Origin: Podarcis cretensis
Taxonomy: Eukaryota
DNA: 64,000 nt
Direction: 5' to 3'
Assembly: GCA_951804945.1 (NCBI GenBank)
Contig: OX638149.1
Coordinates: forward strand, 135,966,001 to 136,030,000
Positions within the stretch are counted from its first letter, which is position 1. The number at the start of each line of letters is the position of its first letter. Positions 1-12,681 of the stretch are shown here, one piece after another. The translations under genes were made by a program, and so were the position numbers. Below the pieces are notes generated by a model. The model saw nothing but the letters and a program-made list of their open reading frames with translations, ran no database searches and was not told where the DNA came from.

Positions 1-10
1 TGCTTTAAAG

Positions 11-73
11 GGTCCTAAAGGACTGCCTGGCCCGCCTGGATTACCTGGAGAAACTGGCTTGATGGGTGACAGG
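11..73 (+). CDS. COL6A1: COL6A1 triple-helix exon (approx. exon 22), GPKGLPGPPGLPGETGLMGDR
   Basis: 63-bp Gly-X-Y exon, aag| and |gtgagt boundaries; resembles alpha1(VI) GDPGLMGER region. Confidence 0.93.
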
Positions 74-794
74 GTGAGTGTCCTAAAGGAAGCGTGCAAA
101 ACATGAGAGAAGACCACCGAGCTGGACCAGGAGGACTCTGCGCAGTCCTCTTCCTCCCAGCTCCTTGGGAAGCAACTTCACCAGACCTGAGAAGCAAATG
201 GTGGCCAGGGGGGAGGGGAACAGAGCAAACCAGGTACTCACTGGAGTGTCTGAGGAGAAAATGGCGGGAGGGGAGGAGAAATCCATCCCCATCTGAGAGT
301 GGCTGCTGTGCTTCGCTTACTTCTCCCTCAGGCTCCCTCCATGTCCCTTTCGCTCCCTCGCCCACCTGCGGGATGCAGCGCTGCTGAGGAGAAAAGGGGA
401 AGCAGGGCTTCCCCAGCCCCGTTCTCATTGCTGCCTCACTCGTGAACCTGCAAGAAACCAGGGCTGCTGTGTCCAGTCACCAGTCATGGGCTCCAGAACA
501 ACCGTCAGCCCCACCTCTTTCCACTTGGGTTCCCCACACACACCTCTGTTTCTCTTGCCAGCCACCCTCCCTTCATCCCGCTCTTTCTAGCCATGCCCAC
601 AATGGCGTTCAGGTGGGAACCGGCACCCTTTTTTCTAGGGGGGAAAAGCACTGCCTGTAACATAAAGTTCTCTGGTAGCTAACAATGAGTTGATCCCATG
701 GAGCCTGCCAGCTTAAGGACTGCCAGACTAAGGACATACAAGGTTCATAAACTAAACTTTGACATCTCCTCTTGGTTTTGGAACTTCCTCTTAG

Positions 795-845
795 GGAGAA
801 GATGGCCGAGCAGGAAATGGCACAGATGGTTTCCCCGGTTTCCCG
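795..845 (+). CDS. COL6A1: COL6A1 exon approx. 23, GEDGRAGNGTDGFPGFP
   Basis: 51 bp, tag| and |gtgagt; carries the GN-GT helix imperfection typical of alpha1(VI). Confidence 0.95.
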
Positions 846-951
846 GTGAGTTTCACTCCAGAAGGCCAAAGTTTAAGAAAGAATTCAGACAAAGCTTATT
901 ACCACTTGCATTCTTTTTTGTTTAACTTCCTATTTTCCTTCTCTTCCTAAG

Positions 952-987
952 GGATATCCTGGCAACAGGGGTGATCCTGGGGCTAAT
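952..987 (+). CDS. COL6A1: COL6A1 exon approx. 24, GYPGNRGDPGAN
   Basis: 36 bp, pyrimidine tract plus aag|, |gtaagt. Confidence 0.95.
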
Positions 988-2148
988 GTAAGTCTCAGTC
1001 TCTCCTTTCTTTACTCTTGGTACTCAGGCATGCCATATCTCCTCCCCAGTCCCTGCACACACAGGTTGAAAGTATCAAGCATTGAAATCATATGCTGGTG
1101 TATTTGTTAATATACAGTACAGTAATATACAGAACAGTAACGTGGAACAGCTTTAGAGCTGATACTTGTAGTTTTTTGAAAAGATAAACAAGATCTTTGG
1201 GAGATTTTCAGGTAACACCATCATTTGGAGAGAAAAGTGTGATGGTGAATTATTGTACTAGTCTGCTGGTAAAAGCAACTTAACTGGAAAGCAGGATGCA
1301 AGCAGACTTCTCCAAGTTTAGGCTACAAGAACTTTTCATAAATTTCTTCTCTGACTCAGATCAAAACATTGCTGGCTGCCATCCTATGTCACTACCAGCC
1401 CTTTCAGCCCCTGCCAGCAGTCCATACCCAACACAGTGCCCCCTTCCCTTCCCACAAGTGGGAACTGTTGCCCTCAGGAGGACTACATATCCCATGGTCC
1501 CTGGTGCTTTGTGCCCCAGTGCTCTGCTAATCAATATAGAAGAGAGGAAGGGGGAAATCTATTCCTTTACATCCATCCTTGTTGCTTCCACCATCACTTG
1601 TCAGAAAAGGGATGAGATAATTGGGGGGTGGATGGCAGGGATGAGCAAGCATTCTTCTGAGCCCTTGGATTGGTTCAGAAGGATAATATGAATTGTGTTC
1701 ATATTTTCACCACAAGAAATTCTGTTGTTCCCAATTTAATCCAAAGCAAATTTGAGAGAGCTTGCCCTTTGTACTGAAAAGCCTTTCCTTGGCTAAGCAT
1801 CTTACTGCAAATTGTAAACAGTACACTAATAAGTGTTTGCCTAATGTTTCTAATAAGCATATGAGAGGTTTTGCCCACATTCTACCCAGAATTGCCTTGC
1901 AGTGCAGTGGAGGCAGATGATTGCCCTGAATGTAGCTTGGTAACAAAAGGTCTAAGTCCAAGAGATGGAATGTATCTGAATGCCTTCTGGTGATCTCTTG
2001 CCTGCAGTCAAGCATGTTGACAAGAAGCAGAGAGCGCTGTGTCTGCTGCAGTCTATGGACAATGCCTCTTTCCATGGTTAACTGCAGGAGCTGAGTGCCA
2101 CGTGGTTTGTATACTTCTGCTCAATGGCCTTATATCTTCCCTTTTCAG

Positions 2149-2211
2149 GGTACCAAAGGCTATCCTGGTCCGAAAGGCGATGAAGGAGAGATCGGAGACC
2201 CAGGGCTGGAA
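2149..2211 (+). CDS. COL6A1: COL6A1 exon approx. 25, GTKGYPGPKGDEGEIGDPGLE
   Basis: 63 bp, cag| and |gtaagt, Gly-X-Y frame. Confidence 0.95.
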
Positions 2212-4034
2212 GTAAGTAAAAGAACGGGATAGATTATTCCCTTATGCAATATAATCCATGAGTTTTATTTCCCACCATACATCTTTATTTGAAATATATG
2301 ATAAAGTATTCAGCAATATTATTCAATACTTTAACACCCATCCATTATACTATTCAAAAATATGTGGAGGGAGTAATAGAAAACTTGTCTGGACAGATAG
2401 GGAAGTGAGAGTGTGTATTTGGAAAGAATTGAGTTGCCTTGGTTAGGGGAGACAGGCAGAACAGGAGAAGAAAATGTGGAGACCAAATTTCTGTTCCCTT
2501 TTAGACACGACAAAATAACTCCTATTTACCAAGTCTTTGAAAAAAACTAACTGAAATAAGTGATGACACAGAAAAGTGAACACACACTTTGGCCAACTTT
2601 AGCTGAGTTCACCATCTGAGACAACAGCTAGAATTAGAAATATGCAAATACCTACAGATGAAACATTCTTGATTCAAGTACGTGCTGTGGAAACAAATGG
2701 GGATTCATAAATGCATTTAGGTTTGCAGTTTACATTTCTTATAGACATTAATTGATATCTATTTGTTTAAGAATTTATGTCAGTATAGTGTACAATTCAT
2801 TCTAAACAATATAAAAATGCATATTAAAACCAGCTTAAAATCAAACAACCTAAAACCCAAGATAGAAGAAAGAACATTAATAAACACCAGTTGAAATAAT
2901 AATGAAATATACATTATTTGCTATCAAAGGCTTGAGTGAACAGGACAATCTTAGTCTAGTGCTGCAAAGATAGCCATGGTGGTACCAGGCAAATGTTCCT
3001 GGGAAAGGCCAGTTGAAGGGCCAACACAGAAAAGGCCTGACATTTGAAGGCTTGAATATCCATTAGGAGCAGGGCCTCAGACGATGATCTCAGCAGATGG
3101 GCAGGCTCATGACAGAGATGGTGTGTGATGGGCAGGTACAGTGAATTTAACTACCAGAGACTGGAGCATTTGTTTGGGGGTTTTGAATTTAGAAAAAAGT
3201 ATGACGAAGGAGGAAATGATAGAAGTTTATAAACTTATGAGCAGTAGGGAGTGAGTGGATAAAGGAGATTCTTCTCCCACTTTCATAACATTAGATCTCG
3301 GGATCACTCAATTAATCTTCGTTTTGCATGGGAGTTCCATTCTGAACCCCTGCATGAGTCGGTGGAGCACATGTAAGCCTGCTCTGCCCTGTTCCACCCC
3401 TGCCCCATTCCGCCCCTTTCCATGTTGTCTTTATGACATTTTGGGGCTAATTTCTATGCCGTGCACAGGATCGTGATTGCATGCATGCAGACACGCCTAA
3501 TTCAGTTGTTGCCTGTACATAAAAGGCAGCACCATTTCATACAGTGAATAAATAACTTATGGAACTCACTGCCACAATGTATGCACTAGAGTTCCAAAGG
3601 AAGTGATAAAAACATTATAGGACCAATTTTCAGGCTTTTTATCAAAGCTATGGGTGACAATGGAGTGATTTATCTTTTCAAAATATGTGTGAATTACTAT
3701 AAATGTATAGATGTCATTGCATTCAGGTTTGTGTGCTGAGCACAGGTAAGATTTATATATTTCTCATCTGTTCACATGTTGCAGGTTCTCCTGAGAGTGC
3801 CGTGTTGTGGCTCTTGCACCTTCCATACCTGGGGGGGGGGGGAGTGACATGCAACCCCCTCCTTAGATAGGAAGTGATCTCACAGAAGCTAATTGACCAG
3901 TTTGATTGCTCAGTTGTCATAGTAAGAAAGTTGAGCAAAGGCAGCCCAGAAGTCCTTCTCTAACTTGAATGTCTTCTTTAACACAGAAAAGAGTGTAAGC
4001 GTCCCCTTAGGAAACAGGTGTCTTTTTCTTCCAG

Positions 4035-4100
4035 AGCAATGCAACTGGGACCCGAGGCATGAAAGGAGCCAAAGGTTACAGAGGACCAGAAGGGCCCCCA
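4035..4100 (+). CDS. COL6A1: COL6A1 exon approx. 26, SNATGTRGMKGAKGYRGPEGPP
   Basis: 66 bp, cag| and |gtgagt; GAKGYRGPEG matches alpha1(VI). Confidence 0.95.
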
Positions 4101-4601
4101 GTGAGTAACAAAGTTCCCACTAACTATGGATTATGAAGGAACGGGCCTTTGGGGAGCTACTTGGGATATATTATTATAGAGTAATACAATAACTGACTAG
4201 CTAGTAGTCTTTTATCAAAATGCCTTAGGTAACAAATTGCACCTGAGCCAATGCTCAGTGCTCTTACCAGGATAGCAACAAGAATATCTTCACAACTCTC
4301 AAGAAGAAGAAATATCAACCACAACATTCTAAGGCATTTTCATTGGCAGAGATTCTAATCCTCATAGCCAGATGACTGAGTACAAGTGGGGAGGTGTATA
4401 ATTTGGATTGTGAGTAATTAAAAGAACTACAGTGGGGATCCCTTGGTTTTAATTTTTGGTGAGAGGTGTTTGGTTAGGAGGGTTTCCTGTTTTTGAGGGG
4501 TGTTGCCAGTTTATTTCTTTGTCTGACATAGCTTTCTCTCTGGAATTTGTCTGATGCAACTAAGTATTCTCCTGGCACATGTACAATGTGTTGTTTTCCA
4601 G

Positions 4602-4637
4602 GGACCTGCAGGACCCAGAGGCCCTCCAGGACCAGAT
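4602..4637 (+). CDS. COL6A1: COL6A1 exon approx. 27, GPAGPRGPPGPD (end of triple helix)
   Basis: 36 bp, cag| and |gtgagt. Confidence 0.95.
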
Positions 4638-5427
4638 GTGAGTAAAACTGGCCTTACATGACACTTGGGTCCTTCTCTTAGTGAAGGGTTGAGTGATTAT
4701 GGAGGGAAGTGTTCAGCAAAGCAAAACAGAGTAGAGATGCACTCTGGCTTGTCCTAACAAAGCTCATTCCCTGAGTCAGTAACTTTCCCTTCTTAGCTTT
4801 CAGTAGTATTTCTAGCTATCTGTCTTTCCTTCTGATGATCTGACTTTAAAGTAAAGAAAACAGAGGTGACTTGTTTTGGACCTTCCTTACAGCCTTGCAT
4901 TTTCTTTCTCTGGTAGGCACCCCAGATACAGCCTTTGCCCCCTCCTTGTTCCTTACGCCAGTTCTGAGATTTATACCCGCATTGGGGAGGCTCCCACAAC
5001 CCATAGACTAACTTGGTTTTAAGCTCATTTTCTGTACAGTACTGTAGTCAGCTAAGAGGGGACAACTTCAGAATGGCAGATCAAATGGCCATCTTTTCAA
5101 GGAAGCAAGGAATAAGCACCCATTCACAATATTAACTAGAATTCATTACTTTAGCCTGAAATCAAGACTAAAGTGACAGTGTTGTTTCCACCAATGGAAA
5201 CTTCTCTCTTTGCTTCCTGCTTATTAGATAATGCTCCACAAACGCAGCCTGCCCTCTCAGAAAAACATCTAATGCTTCACATGCTGCCTGGTGAATTGAT
5301 TGCTAAATGTGACAGGGCTATTTTCTTGGGCTATAACAGCAATGAAGGACCCAGCTAAAGGGGAGTGAAGAATGAATCTTAATTTCCAAGACCTGGGTGA
5401 CACCAATGTTTCTTCGTTTGTTTTCAG

Positions 5428-5464
5428 GAATGTGAAATTTTGGATATCATCATGAAAATGTGCT
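5428..5464 (+). CDS. COL6A1: COL6A1 exon approx. 28, ECEILDIIMKMC
   Basis: 37 bp, cag| and |gtaagt; diagnostic alpha1(VI) post-helix peptide. Confidence 0.97.
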
Positions 5465-6596
5465 GTAAGTATTCTAACTCCTACTGTTGCAGAATTAGCA
5501 GCTGTATCATTACCAGTGACCAAGTCAGAATAAGAAACAATAGGTTTCTTGGCTTTAACCAAGCTTCACACCATCACATTGATTCTGGGATCCAAGTCTT
5601 CATGTTTCTAAATGGATTCAGCCCCAGTGTTACAAAACCAGAGAGCCAGCTTGGCTCTAGTCAACAGAAGTCATTGCCCAGAGTCATCTGAAAACCAGTT
5701 GGATCTATACAGCAAGGGCCCATTATCCATTCCCCCCCCCCAATCAGGTCCCAAGGTCCAGTCTATTGATTATTTTTTTGGACCAATAACAAGCCTTGTA
5801 TCCTATCTTCCTCTAATTCAATTTTTTTAAGTGGCTAGTGTGACTCAAGCTTGGAGGGGACTTCAGTACTCCATTAAGTACTGTATTTCTGGTGTGAACC
5901 CAAGAGAAAGGGAAATTGAAACCTGATTCTGTGTGCTGCCTGTTTTGGCAAAGAAGTTCACAGGCTAAGGCTCTTAATTTGTTTTCATCCTTTATTTATA
6001 TTTTGAAGGTATTAAACGTTTGCATCTACTATTGAATATCATCCAAGCAAATTATTTCCTACATTCCAAAAACCGCAAAGAAATGATAAGAGAGATTATT
6101 TACAATGTTTGGGAAAGGCGTCCCCTGTGCATGCTGTCTGCAGTCCCAGTTTTAACTAGTTGAGCAACTCTGTTGCACTGGGAATTAGGATTTCCTGTAT
6201 ACCTTATCATCATCCTTGTTACATTTGTTGTTTACATCAAATTACATTTGCTGCTTAACAAACTCTGTGGTTATTTTCCAGAGTTTATTAAACACTAAAT
6301 GTGATTTCATCATTAATTGCAGTCAGGGATGTCAAACAATCCCAAAATATGTGTTCCCGCTGAAATGTCCTTCAGCATTTTTATTATACTTCCCTCTTTA
6401 CTTTTTGCTAAGTAGCATATGCTGGATTTGAAAAACAAAACATCTGGGATATGAAAATCATCTTAAAGTTTACCTACTATCAGGGAGAAAGTTTTCAACA
6501 TCCTCATATTGATATTTAATTTCAGTGCTCTTTAGAGTCACAGTGAGTTTGAAGTAGATTCTCAGCATATTTGTTTGTTTTCTTTCTCTCTCCTAG

Positions 6597-6605
6597 CTTG
6601 CTGCG
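6597..6605 (+). CDS. COL6A1: COL6A1 9-nt microexon (approx. exon 29), completes S-C-C-E
   Basis: long pyrimidine tract, tag|cttgctgcg|gtgagt; supplies the conserved MCSCCECKC cysteine cluster with matching phases. Confidence 0.92.
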
Positions 6606-7699
6606 GTGAGTGTCATTTTTGCAGTTTCTTTAACAACATTATTGCATTTTCATTTTAAAAATTGTCACAAGATTCAGATGGAGGAAGCTTACTCTTCAAA
6701 TGCTGTTGCTGCTGCTCCTCTGAGACCCCTTTGTCACTGTCTCCATTTTATGGCCTTCTGCTATAGCTGTTTACTGCTACAATCTTAAGTTATTGTGCTT
6801 CCATAACATTGGCCATCACATAAAAAATGCCCACATCATCTACACAACCTTGCTGGTGTCCCAGAGATGCATGTGCAGCCCTTTCAATAAGTGAGTAAAT
6901 AACTCAGAATCATCCTTTCTTTCGTTGCCTTAGCCTTTGCAAGGATGTTCCTATGAGGCACTTATATCTGTTCAGGTGGCCCAAACAGAACCACTGAAAG
7001 TTAAATAAGTTCTCTTGAATTACATCTGGGTGTATAAGATTTTATAAAGGCATTAGGGCAATTCTTATTTTAATTTCAAACTGCTACTTTATCAGACTTG
7101 AGTTGCAGTCCTAAGGGCATTTATTTAAATGTATTTTATAGCTAAATATGACATTCTGAGAGGATGAAGATGAAGCTCTGATTTAGTGTGAGTTTACATG
7201 TTCTCTCACATTGTAATAGGGATTCTGTGTAAAAAAAACAAACATGTAAACATACTCTAAATTATGTCATCACACAAATCATGGTTAAAGAAGCTTACAG
7301 TGCAGTTTAATATCTAAATTAACTAACAGTGGTTTGCAATTGGCAAATCAGAAACAAAAACCAATATTTGAGGTAGATTTGCAAACTGTGGTTATACTAA
7401 GTATGATTTGGCATGACTGGTCAAATCATAGTTACAGCTGCTGCTCTGCTTTCAGATTTATCCAGACACTGGAGTGTTGAGCAAGGAAAATATTAATAAT
7501 CTCTAAACAATGATTTGCCTGTAATGTTAGCAGTGCAAACCATAGTTTGGATTCTAAGCTAAACTTAGCATTTGGCAAGAATTATAGCTTTTACTGTTAC
7601 TGCTGTTGTAGTTGGTTCCCTTGGGTTGTTCAGCATCTGAAAGAAAGCCTTCATACTTCCACGAATGTTTCTATTGTGTGGTTCTGTGCTCTGTTACAG

Positions 7700-7833
7700 A
7701 ATGCAAGTGTCTTCCTGGTGATGTTCTGTTTGTGCTGGACAGTTCAGAGAGCATTGGCCTGCAGAACTTCCAGATTGCTAAGGATTTCATTGTCAAGGTC
7801 ATTGACAGGCTTATCAAGGATGAAAAAGTGACG
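7700..7833 (+). CDS. COL6A1: COL6A1 exon approx. 30, start of VWA C1 ([23 protein letters not shown]...DEKVT)
   Basis: 134 bp, MIDAS-type DSSES, cag| and |gtaaga. Confidence 0.97.
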
Positions 7834-8077
7834 GTAAGACTTGCAAACATCACATGTACCCCCCAGCAATATATGTTTAATGCATGTTATTATAAAACAA
7901 CTGAGATACTTTCAAGTTTCCGAGCATTGTCAAAATCAACTACCTCCAGAACCTTACCCAGAGGCAGGATGTTGCCGTTAAAAGTTCCTAGATGTTATAA
8001 ACTGTTCTTGGTGTCTTTGTTTATGATAATACATGGACTGAAAAACATCATTTGATGTTTAACTTTTCTCTTAACAG

Positions 8078-8187
8078 TTTAGACCAGGGGAGACCAACGT
8101 TGGTGTCGTGCAATACAGCCATGACAACACCCAGGAACTGGTGGCCTTGGGAGATAGCAACATTGATAACATTGGAGCCTTTAAGGA
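8078..8187 (+). CDS. COL6A1: COL6A1 exon approx. 31, VWA C1 (FRPGETNVGVVQYSH...GAFK)
   Basis: 110 bp, GVVQYS motif, cag| and |gtaagt. Confidence 0.96.
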
Positions 8188-9140
8188 GTAAGTTTAGGTC
8201 AGATAATTGGGAGTTAGAGAGGGGTTATTGTGCTCAGTTTTATATGTGGCACCTCTGTGGGATGTTTTTCAGGTATCTGAATACCTTATTGCAGGAATGC
8301 TTAGCCCTAAGCACACTCAATATGAGCCACTACCCTGGGTCACATTGCACAAGCAATAATTGTGGCATTACAGCCCCTGAGGTCACCAAGGCATGGCCAG
8401 GTTTAGCTCTCATCCTAAAGGCGTAACTAAATTGCACTCAAGTTACTTTGTCAAGTAAATGTCTGCCTTGCACTCTGATAGGAAGAAACACTAAAGGACT
8501 GTATTTAGGAGCAATGTATCAGTGCAATGTATCAGTGACTCTAAAACTTGGGGGAAATGACCATTGTAGCAGATCATCTTGATCATTACATGATAAGAGA
8601 CAGACCAACATGTCTTCTGCCACAGATATGCGAAGTGGAATTCTAGGGCACATTAGCAAAATGATGGGTAAACAGAATTGCCACCTGATGCTTAATGCAT
8701 TGGGACAAAGATGCTTCCTTCTTCTGGGAAATTATCTGATTGGAATATATTTCTTCTAAGAATCTTAAGGCTGAGCTGGGTGTTTTCGGGAAGAGATCAC
8801 CTGCCTTCAACCTATCCAACACCTCCGATCCCTCTTTACCTTGAATTTCCCTGTCGAGTCAGGTGTCTTTGTTATACAAAACTCACTGATGTGCACACAT
8901 AAATCTCTGTATTATTAGGATTTTGCTCACTATTTATTATCACCTTGCAGCACTGGATAGGAACACTCCAGCCACCTCTATGCTCCCATAGTAATATGTT
9001 GATTTTGCCTCCATTTGAGAGGTGCCAAGAAATCACTAACTGAATGGAGTTTTGCTGCAAAAATTGAGAATTTAAAAAGTACTCCCCACCTCCTCCGATT
9101 TCTAATCTACAGACATGCTGTTCAAATTAACTCTCTACCA

Positions 9141-9353
9141 CAGAGCTTTCCAAACTGTGCGTTGCAACACATTAGTGTGTCTGCTGCAGTGTGTAGGTGT
9201 GTCGCGCAAACACTCCCCGCTCTCCTCCCTCCTCCCAGGACAGGAAAGGGGGTGGTTTAGACTCCGGTTTGCTAGGAAAACTGAATTACTGTGTTGTAAA
9301 ATGATGCATGTCTAAAAAGTGTGTCACCAACATAAAAAGTTTGGAAAGCTCTA
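9141..9353. mobile_element. non-autonomous hAT-type MITE
   Basis: TIRs cagagctttccaaact / agtttggaaagctct; 8-bp TSD ctctacca / ctctgcca. Confidence 0.75.
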
Positions 9354-9393
9354 CTCTGCCATGAATTCTTTGAAGATAACTAACCAATAAAAC

Positions 9394-9663
9394 TGCTCAC
9401 TGGAAGGACAGATCGTGAAGCTGAGGCTCCAATACTTTGGCCACCTCATGAGAAGAGAAGACTCAGTGGAAAAGACCCTGAGTTGGGAAAGATTGAGGGC
9501 ACAAGGAGAAGGGGATGACAGAGGATGAGATGGTTGGACAGTGTTCCCAAAGCTACGAACATGAGTCTGACCAAACTGCAGGAGGCAGTGGAAGGCAGGA
9601 GTGCCTGGCGTGCTCTGGTCCATGGGGTCACGAAGAGTCGGACATAACTAAACAACAACAAAC
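9394..9663 (+). mobile_element. BovB/RTE LINE 3' fragment
   Basis: matches the 3' end of the RT copy at 24.3-25.4 kb; (CAA)n tail. Confidence 0.9.
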
Positions 9664-9988
9664 CAATAAAGCAATTGATTACCTTGGTTTGGGATACATT
9701 GATTGACTGATACATTGCCAATTGAGAGTACATGAGAACTTCCTCAGAATATAATTTTTGTACTTCCTATGCAAATTAGTAAGATTACATCACTTTTTCA
9801 CATTGCTACCACAAAAATTATTTAGGTTTGTTCATGGTAAGTGCTTTAGATTTTCTGGAAGGAAAAGCAAGTAAACCAGACTTAATAGGGGAGGCAAACC
9901 AAGAATAAGGAAAGAGCTGGGAGGCAGGTCTAGATTTCTCTGTCAGAAGAGGAGCTGGCACTGAAACTCAATGCTGCTTGCTTTGCAG

Positions 9989-10175
9989 AGCTGTGAAGAA
10001 CCTGCACTGGATTGCTGGTGGCACATATACTGGGGAAGCCCTTCAGTTCACCAAGGATAACTTACTGCGGCGCTTTCCCTCTGAGAAAAGAGTGGTCATA
10101 GTCATCACAGACGGACGGTCCGATGTACTTCGGGACCAAACACCACTCAACGTTCTCTGTGAAAGCAAGACCCAG
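9989..10175 (+). CDS. COL6A1: COL6A1 exon approx. 32, VWA C1 ([18 protein letters not shown]...VITDGRSD...KTQ)
   Basis: 187 bp, GGTxTGxAL and VITDG VWA motifs, phases match neighbours. Confidence 0.96.
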
Positions 10176-11089
10176 GTGAAATCAATATTATATGGAGGGC
10201 AGGAGGAGGGATAGGAAAGCCTTATTGGGTCAAGGTGTGTCTTCCTATTGAGAAAAGTTTGGGTCAGTGACTTTGGTTAAGCCAGGAGGAAACCAGCACT
10301 TGTGTGGGCAGTGGAGCGCAAGCTGCCTAAGGGCTTCTTCACAATTCTGCTCATCTTGTCGCTTTCACCCTGGAAAACCTGCTCTTTATTGAGTTTTTGG
10401 CAGAGTGAAATTTGCTCCAGTTCAGTGGTAAAGAGCTGGTTTCCCTGGAGAAATAGAAAACTGGTGAGACCCGTGCCTAGAAAACACAGGACAAGCAGGA
10501 AACCCTTCAGAGCCCTGCTTTCTAGGTATGGGACAAGGGGAGTGTGAAGGAGCCCTGAGACGGCTATGTAGTGAAGGGCAACTCCAGACTGAAATTTATG
10601 TCTTTTACTGAAGAGATCCTGCGGTGATCACAATTCAAGGGCTAATGTGAATGTCAGAAATTCAGTGAATGTTGATACCCATTGGTAATTCTTAGCACTT
10701 TAGAAGACCAGTGGGAAGTATAAGAAAGTTCTAACAAAACAGAATTAGAAGGATCCTAAATAAGCTTATGAATGGGTTTTGTGTGATATTTACCAAGGCA
10801 AGCAGGGCTGGGAAATATCGAAAGAAAACTTGGCGCAGCAGGATCTCTGTTCTTCAGGAACAGGGTAGTTTCCCTTTACTTGCCACAATGTTGATAAAAG
10901 ATAAACTGTGTCTTGATTAACACTGGATTATCCAGTAAAGAAGAATTCTGTCTTCCCCCTGACCAATATATTCCCTATATTATTCTTGTTATTTCATTTT
11001 ATCCCCCTTGATCCCCACTTGGGGCACCTGAGGACTAGCTAATGTGGAATCATTGAGTATAAGCCTTACATATACCTGTCAACTTCTAG

Positions 11090-11246
11090 GTGGTTCCCCT
11101 GGGTATCGGTGATATTTCCAACAAACCAGCAAACACTGAGCAATTATCAACTATTTCCTGTGGGGGCATCTCTGTTTATCAAGAAAACTTTGCTTTGCTG
11201 CTGGATGACAATTTCCTGCAGAATGTTACCTCTCAGATCTGCAAAG
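11090..11246 (+). CDS. COL6A1: COL6A1 exon approx. 33 (VVPLGIGD...NFLQNVTSQICK)
   Basis: 157 bp, tag| and |gtaggt, open frame similar to the end of C1. Confidence 0.93.
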
Positions 11247-11346
11247 GTAGGTGACACATATTTGGTTGCTGAGAGCCTAATTATGAGCTGGTATTGAAGG
11301 AGGTGGTTGATCCAGCTTCTCAACACAATGAATGCCACAAAACAGC

Positions 11347-11955
11347 TGATGAGTGGAGAAATGACCACATAAGCCTAAGTTTGTCTTAGATGCCAGAGTT
11401 TATTTAACAGCACATTCTGCTAGTACTACTTTAGTGACCCACACAATTTGAAGAGATGAAGTGGCCCTGTAGAATCCATATCTGCCATCTCTACCAAGGT
11501 CATTTGTAAGGTGAACGCAGAAGGAAAACAGCCATGGGTGGGTCCAGCATACTTGTGATGACTGCTATGAGGGTGGCCAAAGCCAGAGGGCTGGAGCCCC
11601 TTTGCCAAGTGGGAAAATTCCAACCTGGTCCCAAATACGGCTACCGACAAAGCCATTGCAAGGTCAATCAGCGCAGCACAAGTCAGCCAAATAGGGAGGG
11701 CGTGGGAAATCCAGCAAAGTGGCTGCCAAGAGAAGCCGTGGGCCTTCTTTATATGCCCAGGAAGTGGACTGACACCCCCCCCCCGAGGAATGGCCCACCC
11801 CCTTGCACCCTTGTGATTGGCCAGTTGAGTGAGCAGGCAAGATCTGCTTCCTGGCAGCAAGCTTGGCCCAGGACCTCCTTTCCTGCCCAGGAAGCAGCCC
11901 CAAGGGGCCTTTTCCCCCAGATTATGGAGGGAGGGGGGAGCGCCAGCCTGCAACA
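11347..11955 (-). mobile_element. probable solo LTR, antisense in COL6A1 intron (boundaries approximate)
   Basis: minus strand reads TG start, CCAAT, TATA-like catataaag near 11750, then AATAAA near 11400; TSD uncertain. Confidence 0.4.
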
Positions 11956-12051
11956 GTGCCCACCAAGCAGGGGGAGTGGACTTTTGGCGTTGAACATTGA
12001 TTGTAAATGAAGAGAAGGGTTTAGTGTGACGTTGTTTCATTTGTTTTATAG

Positions 12052-12081
12052 AAAAGAAATGCCCGGACTACACCTGCCCAA
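12052..12081 (+). CDS. COL6A1: COL6A1 exon approx. 34, (E)KKCPDYTCP
   Basis: 30 bp, tag| and |gtgagt; KKCPDYTCP linker. Confidence 0.96.
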
Positions 12082-12681
12082 GTGAGTACTCTTTTTACAA
12101 AGTTGTGTTTATGAGTTGAGAATTTCTGTGCTCCACATAATCTTGAAGTTGCCTTAGCGACTGCTATTTAGCTTACTCCTTTTCCTCTGGACACTGACCA
12201 TTCACCTGAGGAGCACCATAATTTGAAACAAGCTCTGTGTTTCAACTATTCTGTGCCATTGCACACCAGGGCCACCAGAAACCTGCATTTCCCGCTGAAA
12301 TGGAGCAAACCCGATTGCTGCTTGCTCTGATTCAGCCGTAGAATGTGGGTTTTCCCAGGGGAAGGGAAATGCCAGGACAACAATAACCCTACTTGGACAC
12401 AGGCCTGGAAAGCCCCGAGCTATGCCTAGAAAGGGGGCACAAAAGGAGTCTGGCTCAGAATCAACCAGTACCTCTTGGGATGTCCAGTTTCCTTTTGCAT
12501 CCGAATACGTACTACTTAGTTTCCAGAAAACTTAGTTCTGAGATTAACACCTCTATGCCTTGCATACCAACAGAGCAATCCCCATGCCCTGCCTTTTTGT
12601 GCTGGTAATGACCACAGCACACATACCCAACTCTGAAAGATTTACAGCAGTGTCGTTAGCCCCTATCTCCTCTCTTTCCAG

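Noticed and set aside
11426-12040. 204-aa and 158-aa ORFs in a COL6A1 intron
   Set aside because: GC-rich LTR-like sequence, no protein motifs, no fit to the gene model.
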